Source: Prorocentrum cordatum (lineage: Eukaryota). From it: DNA of 64,000 bases. The position numbers and the translations under genes are program-made. This document shows, in pieces, positions 28,731 to 41,041 of this stretch. Every line of letters begins with the position of its first letter. The stretch's first letter is position 1. The DNA is taken from positions 1-64,000 of the forward strand of contig CAUYUJ010000244.1 in assembly GCA_963575745.1 (NCBI GenBank). The letters run 5' to 3'. The notes under the pieces are model-generated. The model made no database searches. It was not told the DNA's origin and saw only the letters and a list, made by a program, of their open reading frames with translations.

Positions 28731-29693
28731 GCGCCGCGCCGCCGCTCGCCAGCTGCTCTCGCGTCGTTGCTTCCTTCAGCAGCGCAGCCAGCACGCGCTT
28801 GCTGTCCTTTGCTCTGCGCGCGCTCGAGCAGGACTCGCCCGTGCGATTTGCCCCGGACGGATTGATCTTCTTGCTGACGGGTGATTGATGCGAGAGGTTC
28901 AATGCTGTATAGTTGGCGTCCTCTTAATTTTGTTCCAAGATGTGGAAAGAGCTCTTCCATGCACATGTACAGATGGATCGGCATGGTGTTTTTGGAGCTG
29001 TGTTGTTGTAGTATCTACGTGTTGTAGGAAACTGTGTAGGACATCTTGGCAAACATGTTGCGTCGCCAGGAAGTGCGCGCCAGACAGTTGAGGAAACCGC
29101 TGTTGCCATGCAGCGGGGTTGCAGAAAATGGCTGCCATCTGCCATGACAAAACACATTGGAGAACGTGTTGATGCCAAAAAGGGGTGCCGCAGAATGGTT
29201 CGTACCCATGTCGCCTGGCGCTTGTCTGCAACATACTCCTCAAGAATCAGACAGCGGTGGGACATGTGCGTCCATGACGGTCCCCCCTCTCCGTAAACGG
29301 GACGCTCCCCGGGATCCTTGGCCCCGGTAGGGGGCCACATGCGAACCTTACCCTCACCCCCCACGATTTTTGGGGGGGAGGGTGGGGTTCACTCCGTCCG
29401 GGAGCTCCCAAGCGAAATGAACCCCACCCTCCCCCTCAGAAATCGTGTGGGGCAGGGGGAGGAGGGGGAGGAGGAGGAGGAGGGGGAGGAGGGGGAGGAG
29501 GAGGAGGAGGAGGAGGAGGAGGAGGAGGAGGAGGAGGAGGAGGAGGAGGAGGAGGCTCCCTACCTGGGGCACCCTGAACGCCCTCGCAGACGGGCCCCCG
29601 TCGGTCGGACGGGGAGGGCGGCCGCGCGGCCCCGCGAGGGCCCCGCGCGCACGCCCAGCAGACGCCCAGCAGGCGCCCGGTGACGACTAGGGG

Positions 29694-29851
29694 TAAGTCG
29701 GCCCGTCCCTCTACAGGGGGAAGATTCAAAAATAGTCAAAAAATAGTCAGGGGACTATTTCTAGAGCATTAGTTGACCATTTGGGGGTATTTTTGGGTAT
29801 TTGTTTTATTTTTCGTCGAAAATCCCCCTGGAGGGGGACAGGCCCGACTTA
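29694..29851. mobile_element. MITE family A
   Basis: TIRs; flanks cgactagggg/agactagggg (9/10). Confidence 0.8.
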
Positions 29852-30709
29852 AGACTAGGGGCGTGCTTACGGCCCTCTGTCTTGTCACGCTGACTGTTCG
29901 GGCCGCGTGCCCGCGGCCGCGCGAATGGCCAAGGCCAGCACCTCTGAGTGGTCATTCGGGCTCATTCGGCTGCGGCGGGGGGCACGAATCCACCGTGACA
30001 CCCACAATGTGCGTAAGCACGTCCACAGGTGACGACCCAAGGAAGACCCCCAAGAGTTGTGGAGGACGATCAATGGAGAGGAAGCGTGCTGCCGAATAAT
30101 TCTCCAGATGTCTAATCACATGTTTCAAACCTGTTTTAGATAGGTAAAAACATGTTTGAAGCCTGTTTAGAACATGTTTAACACAATTCAAGCATTTTTT
30201 AGTTCAATGATAGGACAGTTAGAGTGTCCATTGTCGTCGCATCCACAACCCAAGAGGCATTCGAAACGCAAAAACCATTGGTTCCGATGGTTTTGCATGA
30301 TTTGGGGAGGTCTCTGAAGAGGGCTCTCGGGCAGTCCAGGAGGAGCCCCAAGACGGCCCAACAGGTCTCCAAGATTGCCCGAAGAGAGCTTCATGACGGC
30401 CCACGATGGCCCCAAGACGCCCCCCGAATCATTCCAAATCGTGATCCGGTCGTTCAGGGAAACCGCGGTTGGAACTAGGGTGGCCCGGGGAACCCCCCAG
30501 AAGGAACCCAGGAGGCCTCAAGAATACCCCAATAAAGCCTTTAAAATTATCCTGAGGCCCCTAGGGGCTTTTCTTGGATGAGCCTCCGCAAAAAGAGCTG
30601 GAGGATGGGGACGAATTCGCAGGGTAGGAAGAGAAGGAGCAAGAGGAGGAGGAGGAACTATGAGGGACGGACAACGAATCACATTATTACAACGACGGCG
30701 CCATAATAA

Positions 30710-31640
30710 CACACATACATATACATAAACATATATATTTATATATCTTCATCTATACAGATATATACACATACATACCTGCACACGTACATATATACAT
30801 ACATGCTCATACATACAGACATGCTCGCATGCTCGTTTATTCATACATCCATACATTCATACGTATATACATACATACACATCGGCGCATTCATACGCAT
30901 ACATACATGCATGCATACATACCTACATACCTACACATACACACATACATACATACACACATGCACACATACAAACATACATTCATGCATACGCATACAT
31001 ACATACATACCAGCATACATACATGCACGCACATACGTGCATACGCACATACGCACATACATGTATACATACATACGCACGTGCACACAAGCATACATAC
31101 ACACATACATGTACACATACATACACACATACATACACACATACATACACGCAACACACATATATACATACATGCATGCACACACACACGCACATGTACA
31201 TACACACACATACATGCGTACACACATACATACATACACACACTCATACACACCTGCGTACATACGTGCGTACATACATACATACATACATACATACATA
31301 CATACATACATACATACATACATACATACACACACACACATACATACATACATACATACATACATGCATGCATACATACATACATACATACATGCATACA
31401 TACATACATACATACATACACACACAGACATACATACATACATGCATGCATACATCCATACATACACACATACAAACATACATGCACACATACACATACA
31501 TGATTATATACATACATACATACATCTACGCGCATGCATACAGCAATACATCCATCCATACAGTCACACGTACATGCATGCATGCATACACACACTGACA
31601 GACATGCATATCGACATGCATACACACATACTACACACAT
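30710..31640 (+). repeat. (CATA)n/(CA)n microsatellite
   Basis: Direct reading. Confidence 0.95.
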
Positions 31641-32360
31641 ACGGCGTATACAGAAACACCCGGGGCTGTACAGGCTGTCGGTGAGGAGCACACCGCGTCT
31701 CAAATGCGAGCTCCGACGTCGCTCGTGCTCAGGAGAATCACCTGAATAGGCATTCGGCCCGAGAGTGAAATGAGCATCGTCGTCGTTAGCGGCGGCAGTT
31801 TCGTAGGTCCGGATGGAGGTGGCTGCGCAGGCTCTGCAGGCGCCGATGGAGGAGCTGCGGGCGCAGCTCGCGCGGGCGCCGGGTGACGCCCGGGGAGGCC
31901 CGCGAGGAGGCCGCCGCGGGGCGCAGGGGCGCCGCCGGGGGAGGACGTCGAGAGGGAGGTGCACATCTGTCGGTTGGCGCACCGCTGCTGGGGAAGCCTC
32001 CGAGGCTCCGCTCGCGGCCGGCGGAGTGGCCGAGCTGGGGCGTGCTCGCGCGGAGCTGCGCGGGCCTGATGGCCACGCGCAGAGGGGGGTAGGGGGAAGA
32101 GAGAAGGCTTCTGAGAAGCACCCCTGCCTCTTAGACGGCGCGGGCCTTCTTTGTAGATGTAAGGCCGGCGCCTTCTGAGAAGCAGCCTCCTTCTAAGAAG
32201 CCTCCCCCCCCCCTACCCCCTTGTGCGCGCCGCCAAGCCTGGCCAGCCAGCAGCCGCCGCACCTGATGCAGACCGCGATGGACGACCGTGCGTCCTGCAG
32301 TGGCCCGTGCCGCATCCTGCTGCACCCCGCGGAGGGCGCAGCGTTCACGAGGTGCCGAAC

Positions 32361-32813
32361 TCACCGCCCACCACACCACCCCAGCCCAATCCAACCCGAA
32401 GGCTCCGTTTTGCCTTCCATATCCAGTAGGGGGGGCGGGGAGCATGTCTAATAAATAAATAAATTCATACATACATACATACATACATACATACATACAT
32501 ACATACATACATACATACACACATACACACATACACACGTACACACATACATACATACATACATACATACATACATACATACATACATACATACATACAT
32601 ACATACATACATACATACATACATACATACATACACACATACACACGTACACATACATACATACATACATACATACATACATACATACATACATACATAC
32701 ATGCATACATTCATACATGTATATATATATATGTATATATGTAGCCCGTGCCCCCCCCCCCGCGCCGAAATTCGGGTTTTCGGGTTGGGTTGGGGTGGTC
32801 TGGTAGGTAGTCA
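32361..32813. mobile_element. MITE family E nested in the copia gag, carrying a (CATA)n core
   Basis: TIR ...accaccccagcccaatccaacccgaa / ttcgggttgggttggggtggtctggtaggtagtca; 5-bp flanks cgaac/tgaac. Confidence 0.75.
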
Positions 32814-33387
32814 TGAACGCTCGGGACCAGGAGGGCCTGATGGCCTGGAAGGCCTTTGTGTCGGAGTACGTGCTGGACGTGAAAAAAAACGCTTTGTTGG
32901 CCACCTCCAACAGATCTTGGCGTTCAGCTCCGCGGGCGACGCGGCGGAACGCGTGGAGGCGTTCGAGCGCGAGGTCGCGTTCTCGGAGGCGCAGTCGACG
33001 GAGCTGATGAGCGACGCCCTGCGCATAAGCGTGGCGATGCGCAACCCGGAGGCGGGACCGACGAGGAGCCATCACATCTCCAACGCGCCCTGGCTGGGCA
33101 CCTGGGCGAACCTCGGGCAGGAGGTCACCGCCCATGCGCCGGGCCTGCCAGGCCTTTGGCATGGCGGGCATCAGCACGCGGCGCTCGCGGGGGCGGGCGC
33201 CAGCTCGCCGGGCAAGCCCGCGCAAGGTAGAGGCCGAGGCGCCGAGGCGCGCGCCGGCTGCCGCCGTGGGGCGCCAGGGCAAGGGGCGGCCAAAGTGCCC
33301 GCGGAGGGGCTGCTGGCCACCTGCCAGCTGGCGAGGGGGGCCATGGGGGGCCGAGAGGAGGCGCTGGCAGGGGCCGCGGCCGGGACA

Positions 33388-33557
33388 TCACCACTTACCA
33401 GACCACCCCAACCCAACCCGAAGGCTTCAATTTACCTTCCATTTCCAGTGTGGGGGGGTCGGGGAACGTTGCAAAAACACATGGCCCCCCCCCCAACCCG
33501 AAATTCGGGACAGATTCGGGTCTTCGGGTTGGGCTGGGGTGGTCTGGTAGGTAGTCA
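33388..33557. mobile_element. MITE family E, second copy nested in the copia
   Basis: Same TIRs with a perfect 5-bp TSD GGACA. Confidence 0.8.
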
Positions 33558-36500
33558 GGACAAGGCAGGCAAGGGCGGCGGGACGGTGCCGGAGAAGTTG
33601 CAGAGCACTTCTCCGAATTGCGGCGGCGAGGGCCGCTGCGCTCGCGAGCGCCCGTCGAAGAAGACGGCGCGCGGCCTCGGCGAGGAGGGGCTGCTGGCGG
33701 GGCCCGCGGCGAAGCCCGAAATGGGCGGCTTGCAGGCGTCGCTCGAGTTCAACAGTCTCGACGACGTGGGCTGCTCGGGCGGCCATTGCGCGACGTCGCT
33801 GGACATGGGGGGCGACGAGCTCGAGCTTCTGGAGGTCGGCGGCGTGGAAGCGCGGGAGATCATCGCCTCCGGCATCGACTCCGGGGCCGCACTGACCACG
33901 ATGAGGAAGCAGGGGCGCGGTCGCTGCCCAGTGTCGCCCACGGCGCAGTCCACGCGCGGCGGGGAGTGCCGCGCCACTTCGGGCCACCGCGTCAAGTTCG
34001 AGGGAGGTCGCCGGCTGCTCGTCGGCGGCGGGGCCGGCCAGGCACCGCGAGAGTCGGTGGCGCATGTCGGCAAGATGGCGAAGTCTTCGGCTGCTGCCGG
34101 CGCGGTGGGCTCAGGTCACGAGGTCGCCCTGTGCGGCGCCGGGCACTGCGCGCTGCGCAAGGCAAGCGGCGCCGCGATGCAGACCCATCGCCGCGGCCGC
34201 GCTTTCGAGGCGGACTTCGAGGCGATGCCGCCCGAGGCGCTCGCGGCATCGGGCCATCCGGGCCTGGGGCAGCTTCGCTGCAGGCCCCCAGACGTGGGGC
34301 GGATCAGCCTGCGCCCCAGGGCCGATGCCAGTAGAGGAGGGGGGCAGGGCCGAGTCGGCCCCCGGCGCTGCGGCGGAGACCCCCGCTGCAGGGGAGCCAG
34401 TTTCCGATGCCTACGTCGACGGCCGCGTCGCACCTCGTCGCGGCGAGGTGGGCCGCAGTGAAGATGCCATCGCAGTCGCTGACATAGATTGCGGGCACCT
34501 GACGCAGAGAGCAAGAGGAGGAGGCGCGGCGCCAGGCGCTGCCGCTGAGGGGGCGCCCGGGTGGCTGCCTCAGTGACGCGTGGCGGGGGCCCCTCGGGCA
34601 GCGCGCCCTCCGGCCACGCGTTGCCTTGCAAGGGCGAGGGGCGCCCCTGGTGCGCCGCGGTGCTCTCGAGCGAGGTCGACGCGGCGGGTCGCGGCTGGGC
34701 GATCCCGAAGTCAGACGGCGAGCCGCCCACCGTCGCGTTGAAGACGGTCGCGGAAGCGGGCGCTACCAAGTTCGGAATCGCTCTGCAGTTGGAGCCCCCC
34801 GCGGGCGACTCAGCCGCCATCGGGTTGGCGGACGGGGCGGCCCGGGACATCGAGGCGAAGGTTCAGGCGCTCAAGTTTGCGCGCGAGGAGCTGCGCGGCA
34901 TCGGGATTGACGAGCATCGCACCGCGCACGGCTGGGTCGTCGACTGCGGCCTTCAGCGGGGAGATCATGGCGCTTCGGCGCAACGAACCGCCGAGTCGCT
35001 TGGATGGGGCGCGTCGAGGGGGCGATGTCGGGGCTTTCCTAGGGTCGAAGTTCAGAACGTCCGCAGGCTCCCCGAGGGCAACCGCGGCGACCCGGCGCTG
35101 CTCGACGCCGTCAGAGGAGCCTCCTGGCAGCGGGCCCCACCCGCCGCGGTCGCAGGCAAGGGGCGAGGGCGCCGCGGCCGCTCCGCCCCGGATCGCGGCA
35201 GAGGCCGAGCCTGTGGCCCCCGCTGCGCAGTTGCCTCCGGCGCTGGACCCCTCGCGAGTTGCGAGGCCGCGCCAGCTCCGCATTCGACGCGATGATGAAT
35301 TGGCCCGCTACAGGCTGACCGAAGACCGTTCCTGCTGCCTCGTCGCCCCCTTCGGCGCGGCGCCTGCCCTGCACTCCGCCGTTGGCCGCGCCCGCGTTGT
35401 GCGAAGCTGATCCGCGCGGCTATCGGCGCGCAGACTCCAGCGGGCATCGCCATTGCCGTGGGAAGCATTGCCATTGGCTTTCTAGGCCCCTGGGCCTGGG
35501 GCGAGGGCTCTGCGCGCGCAGGTTGGCTTCGGGGCCAAATGGTTCCTCGCGTCGTTGCGCGCGGGGCGCGGCGTTGGAGCGCAGCGCGAGACGCCCGAGG
35601 CCAAGCCCCCGGGCGCCACTTCGGTTCGTCAGGCCCGGGCGCGCGGCACAGGCGCGGGCGCGGCCGCGAGGCGCGCGCGGGCGATGGAATTTGCAGGCGC
35701 GGGGCCGGGGCGTGGAGTCTGAGGCGCAGGGCCGTTCGGGCCATGGGCCCTGCGGGCAATGGGCCCAGGGCCTGGGGCGCCCGGCCCGGGCGCGGGGCGC
35801 CAGGCCATTGGCGCGCGGCCCAGGAAATGACGAACTGGAGGGCGCGTCGCCCGGCGCCGGGGCGCGGGGCGCAGGGGCCGCCGGCGGGCGCGCAATGGCG
35901 CGACAAAGTGCGGGGGGCAGGGCGCGGGATCCAGAACCTTGCGGGCCGTTAATATTTGCGGTGGCGGCGCTGCGGGGCGTCTGGCGAGGGGCGCAGGGTT
36001 GTCTCGCAGGGTGGGCTCTGGGCCCAGTGCTGCGGGCGCCGTTCGGCAATTGGGGCGCGCGGCGCTCGGCGGGAAGCGTCGGGCGCGGGGGTCCGCGCTC
36101 GCAGCTTGCGACGGCGGAGCGGCGCGCGCGGCGCAGGGGCACGCGGCGCCATCGTTTCGATATGGGGCGCAGGGGCGGGGCCCAAATCAATCCAAAGAAG
36201 GCGCGGCGCCAGCGCGCGACGCGCGAGGCCCCGAGCGCAGGCGCCGGGCGCCTGCTCGCGGGCGCGAGCCATCATCCGCGCGCGCTGGCGGCGCTCGAGG
36301 GGCCCGATGGGCAGGGGGTGGGGAGGGGGCCGCGCCGCGGAACTATTGATGCGCATCCCAGACCCAGAACTGATGCACCAGCAACGGAATTCATGCGCGC
36401 CCCAACTCCCCAACCTCGACATACATGACCGACCCCCAAGCTCACGCCCGGGGAAATGATCGATGCGTTTCCCAAGCCCGAATTTGACACTCGGCGAAAG

Positions 36501-36989
36501 TGCGGATGCGCTTCCCGACCCCCGAAGTTGATGCCCAGCGCAAGAGTTGATGCGTCTCCCAATTCCCAGATTCACATGGCGCCCCCCGCCCCCGCTGGCA
36601 CGGCGGCCACTTGCGAACTCGACCAACGAGCCAACAGTCTTCTACGAGTCAGCAAGCGGAGCGCGTACCATATTTTTGCAGAACCCTCTCTTTGGCTCTC
36701 CCCCACCCTCTCGCTGCGATTTGTTCCAAAAACTCTCCCCGTCCCCTGCGTTCCCCAGGCCCCGTGTTTTGCAAAGTCCCCTCCCCGCCCGCGTCGCGAT
36801 TTGCCCGAAGCCCCCCTCCGCGCCCCCCCCCCCCCCCCGCGTTTTGCAAAGTCCCCTCCCCGCCCGCGTCGCGATTTGCCCGAAGCCCCCCTCCGCGCCC
36901 CCCCCCCCCCCCCCCTCCGCGCCAATTGTTTTACAGAGTTCCTTCCCCGCCGACCCCCGCGCCCGGATTTTGGATTTTGCAATGCCAAA

Positions 36990-37687
36990 AAACACGCACA
37001 CACACACACGCACACGCACACGCACACGCACACGCACACGCACACGCACACGCACACGCACACGCACACGCACACGCACACGCACACGCACACGCACACG
37101 CACAAGCACACGCACACGCACACGCACACGCACACGCACACGCACACGCACACGCACACGCACACGCACACGCACGCGCACACGCACACGCACGCGCACG
37201 CGCACGCGCACGCGCACGCGCACACACGCCCACACGCACACACGCAACCACGCACACACGCACACACGAACACACGCCACACACGCACACACGCACACAC
37301 GCACACACGCACACACGCACACACGCACACACCGCACACACGCACACACGCACACGGCACACACAGGCACAACACACGGCAACACACGCACACCACACGC
37401 ACACACACGCAACACACACGCACCACACAACCGCACACACACGCACACACACGCACACACACGCCCCAACACGCACACACACGCGCACACACACGCACAC
37501 CCCACACACACGCCACACACTAACACGCACACACCACACACACGCACACACACACGCACACACACACGCGCACGCGCCACGCGCACGCGCACGCGCACGC
37601 GCACGGCACGCGCACGCGCACGCGCACGCACACGCGCACGCACGCGCGCACGCACGCACACGCACACGCACACGCACACGCACACGC

Positions 37688-37728
<41 letters not shown>

Positions 37729-37927
37729 ATACACAACGCACACACATACACGCACACACAACACACAACACACACAACACGCAACACACAACACACAAAC
37801 ACGCACACACACACACACGCACGCACACGCACACGCACACGCGCACACACACACACACACGAGCACAAGCACAAGCACAAGCACAAACACAAAAAAAACA
37901 CAAACATAAACAAACACACACACACAC
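36990..37927 (+). repeat. (CACACG)n/(CA)n microsatellite
   Basis: Direct reading. Confidence 0.95.
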
Positions 37928-38500
37928 CAAACCGAACTTATTTTCACCCCATCCATGTCCTGCCCCGCCCGCATCTGAAGTTCTTGCAAAGTTCCCCCCC
38001 CGCCCCACCCCGCCATCGAGATTATTGCAGAGGGCCCCGCTGCCCCCCCCCCCCCCGTCGAGACCCCGGCAGAGCCCGCCCTGCTGCTGCCCCCGCGCGG
38101 CGTTCTGCACAACCTTCCCGCAGACAGTGCCGTTTTCAATGCATGCTCCGCGTGCGGATCGTGTATGACAAGCGCAGGGTTTAGCATTAAAAACAACGAT
38201 GAGTTCATGTATCCATTGATTTATAAAGTAATCATGTATTCAAAATTGTATATCTCAAAGAATCCTATGTATTAACAAACTGCTCTGTACCAGCCCTGCC
38301 GCGTCGAGACTGTTTCCCAGTCGCGCGGCGCGCTGCGGCGGCGGCGGCGGCGGCGGCCGCGCCCTCCCCGTCGTGCGCCCAGCTGCCCCTTCCGTGCCTC
38401 TCGCCGCCTGCCACCCCCGCCCACGGGCGGCCCCCCCTTCGATCCCTCCACAGTTTTGCGCCTCCGATTCCTCCTCCTGCTCCACTTCATCATCATCATC

Positions 38501-38531
<31 letters not shown>

Positions 38532-38532
<1 letters not shown>

Positions 38533-38548
38533 AGCCATTTTGGCTCAA
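38532..38548 (+). other. Relic dinoflagellate spliced leader (TAGCCATTTTGGCTCAA)
   Basis: 17 consecutive nt identical to DinoSL (DCCGTAGCCATTTTGGCTCAAG). Confidence 0.85.
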
Positions 38549-40491
38549 TCATGTGCTGAGTCAAGGGCCATCGGGTGCCCGTGCGCCCCCCGCTGCGTCT
38601 CCGCCTCGCTTGGATGGTCTGCGCTGCTCGCCTGAGGTGGCTTGCCGACCAACTCGCTCAAGGTAGGCAGGTTCGTGCTCGCCTCAACTCGTACTCCGAT
38701 CGCGTGACCTTCAACTTGGTCCTCCTGCCGATCTGGGACTCCACCATGCTCGACAGCTTTGCGAACCACCTCGCCCAGCTCATGCCCCACTCACTGCAGG
38801 GCGCCGTTGTGGTCGATCATGGGCACTCCTCGTCGACAGGCGCGCCCCGCATATCGGTCTCCATGAAGCGCGTTCCTCCTGTTCGTGCTTTCGATCAACC
38901 TACTGGTGAAGACCCGGGCGGTCATGGCGGCGGCGATGAACCTGGACGCGGCGGCCTTCCCCCTGGTCGTCGGCATCGCGATGCGCGTCGGCCGGCTCCT
39001 GATCCTCGGCGCGGCCATGGAGTTGCTGACCCTTGGGCTGCGACGGCGGCGGTGCCCGAGAAACCTCGGACCCGTGGCCCCCCTTTGGTTCCATCGTTCC
39101 CTGTGCTTTGTGCTGGAGGTGTTCGCCCCGAACCTGTCCATGACGAAGCTGTTCGCGAAGCGCCTCTCCATGCTGTGGCTCGTGCGGATCTTCTTCGCGC
39201 TTCGGAGGCTCGTGCGAGGTGCTGTTCTACCTGTGCGTGCTGATCCTGATGTCGGTCCTCTCGATCCTGTGGATTCTGACGTGGATCCCCAGGCGCGTGC
39301 TGATCTTCCTGTATGCGCTGATTATGTACGTGTTGCTGAAGCTGATCTACCTGCACGTGCAGATCTTGATATCGATCTTCCCGTGCGTGCGGATCCTGGT
39401 ATCGATCCCCATGCTCGTGCTGATCTTTTTGCACGTGCTGATCCTGTGCGTGCTGATCTTCCTGTACGCGCAGGCCTTCATGTACATGCAGATCCTGCTC
39501 GTCCTGATCCTGAACGTGCTGATCACGAACGTGCTGATCTTCCTGTACATGCTGATCCCATTCGTGCTGGTCCTCATGTACGCGCTGATCTTCTGCTTCA
39601 GGAGCTGGGCGGAGTGCCTGGTGGTCACATTCAGCTTCCTGATTGCCGAGCGCTTCCTTATGGACGTGAGCTTCCTGATGGTGGTGGCGCTCATGATGGT
39701 CGCGAACTTCCTGATGTACGTGATGCTCCAGCTGTTCATGATGACCTGTGGCATTGGCCTACTGGTGTTCCCGCTTTGTGGGTACCCTTGGAACGCGTAT
39801 TGGACGCTCTTCTGTGGTTTGGCGGTTCGGAGCATCGCAAGGAGCTTGGGCTCCTCGTGCCCCCTGATGGTCGTGAGCTTCCTGATTGTTGTGTGCTTCC
39901 TGATATTCGTGTGCCTCCTGACGGTCGTGAGCTTCCTGAGGGTCCTGAACTTCCTGAGTTTCTTGATGGTCGTGTGCGTCCTGACGGTCGTGAGCTTCAT
40001 GATGCTCGTGAGCTTCCTGATGGTCGTGTGCATCGCGATTCTGGTCGTGCGCTTCCTGAGGGTCGTGAGCTTCCTCATGAGCAGGAGTTCCATCCTGGTG
40101 CTGATCGAACTGTTCAAGTTGGTAATGAGATTCCTGCTTGTCGTGAGCCTTCTGACGGCCAGGCTCTTCCAGATGGCCGGGTGCTTCCTGGTGATCGTGA
40201 GCTCCTTGATGGCCGTGAGCTTTCAGGTGGTCGTGAGATCTCGAATCTTGTTGAGACCAAGAATTCACTTGTTCGCAATATGGTTGCCTTGCGGTCACCA
40301 CTGGCCACGCTGGGCGATAGCATAGAGGCCCTTTCCGTTGACATGGCTGCCCTTCGCGGGAACAGAGAAGTCCGCAGGAAGCATCGTGTTGCCCTGGACA
40401 AGGCGAGCCTAATGCGCGACGAGTTGAAGCAACAACTTGAGATCGCAGTGTCAACGCTGTCATGGCTGAAGGTGTGCGGGCCCCAAAAGAA
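38532..40491 (+). pseudogene. SL-headed, intronless retroposed ORF (retrogene or LINE ORF1-like) with 18-bp RADLPV/PDGREL repeats and a predicted coiled-coil C-terminus
   Basis: Follows the SL relic. ORF 38575-39243 appears to frameshift near 39215 into the frame of ORF 38885. Flanked by (CAT)n at 38487-38532 and from 40492. Confidence 0.6.
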
Positions 40492-40827
40492 TCATCATCA
40501 GCATCATCAACACCATCATCATCATCACCATCGTCATCATCATAATCATAATCATAAGCATCATCCTCCTCCTCCTCCTCCTCCCCCTCCTCCTCATCAT
40601 CATCATCATCATCATTTCGGTGGGCGTTGGCGTTTCGGCCTCGCTTCACCTTGGGAGAGCGGGATCATCATCATCATCATCATCATCGTCATCATCATCA
40701 TCATCATCATTCTTAGTATTATTGTCATCATCAGCATTATCATCATCATCATCACCATCCTCTTCCTCCTCCCCATCCCCTTCCTTGGCCCCTCGACCCC
40801 CCGATCCGGAGTCAGGGGCATCCTAGG

Positions 40828-41041
40828 GCCTCCTAGATGGGGTCCGAGCAGATGGGGTCGGATGATCGCGCCACATCGCCGATGCATCGACGATGCGGCT
40901 CGATGCAGAGCCCATGTTTCCCCACGCCGACGTCGCCCATGCATCGTCGACGTCGCCGACGCATCGCCGATGCATCGGCGATGCATTGGCGATGCGGCGT
41001 GATCTGTCGACACCATTTACTCGGACCCCATCTAGGAGGCC
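40828..41041. mobile_element. MITE family H (TIR ggcctcctagatggggtc, internal CATCGCCGATG palindromes)
   Basis: Inverted termini; second copy at 48626-48854. Confidence 0.7.

Larger units (their letters stand above)
31813..36190 (+). mobile_element. Decayed Ty1/copia LTR retrotransposon internal region (gag, zinc knuckle, protease, integrase, start of RT)
   Basis: Gag-like 'LLGKPP..EWPSW', 'QEGLMAWK..VSEY' and 'RFVGHLQQILAF..VEAFERE'. Degenerate CCHC 'PNCGGEGRCARERP' (~33610). Protease 'IDSGAA' (~33875). Integrase-like 'IDCG', 'KSDGEP' and 'GDSAAIGLADGAARDIEAKV'. The PR-INT-RT order is copia-type. Many frameshifts; LTRs not seen. Confidence 0.8.

Noticed and set aside
31640..36700. LTRs or primer-binding site of the copia element
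   Set aside because: No paired direct repeats detected; the ends are obscured by microsatellites and other repeats.
38532..38600. SL RNA gene
   Set aside because: The leader is truncated, lacks the final G and the following donor/intron, and runs into coding-like sequence. This fits a retroposed relic.
39219..40325. 368-aa hydrophobic ORF as a membrane protein
   Set aside because: It is an alternative frame of an 18-bp minisatellite; the frame continuous with flanking complex sequence is more plausible.
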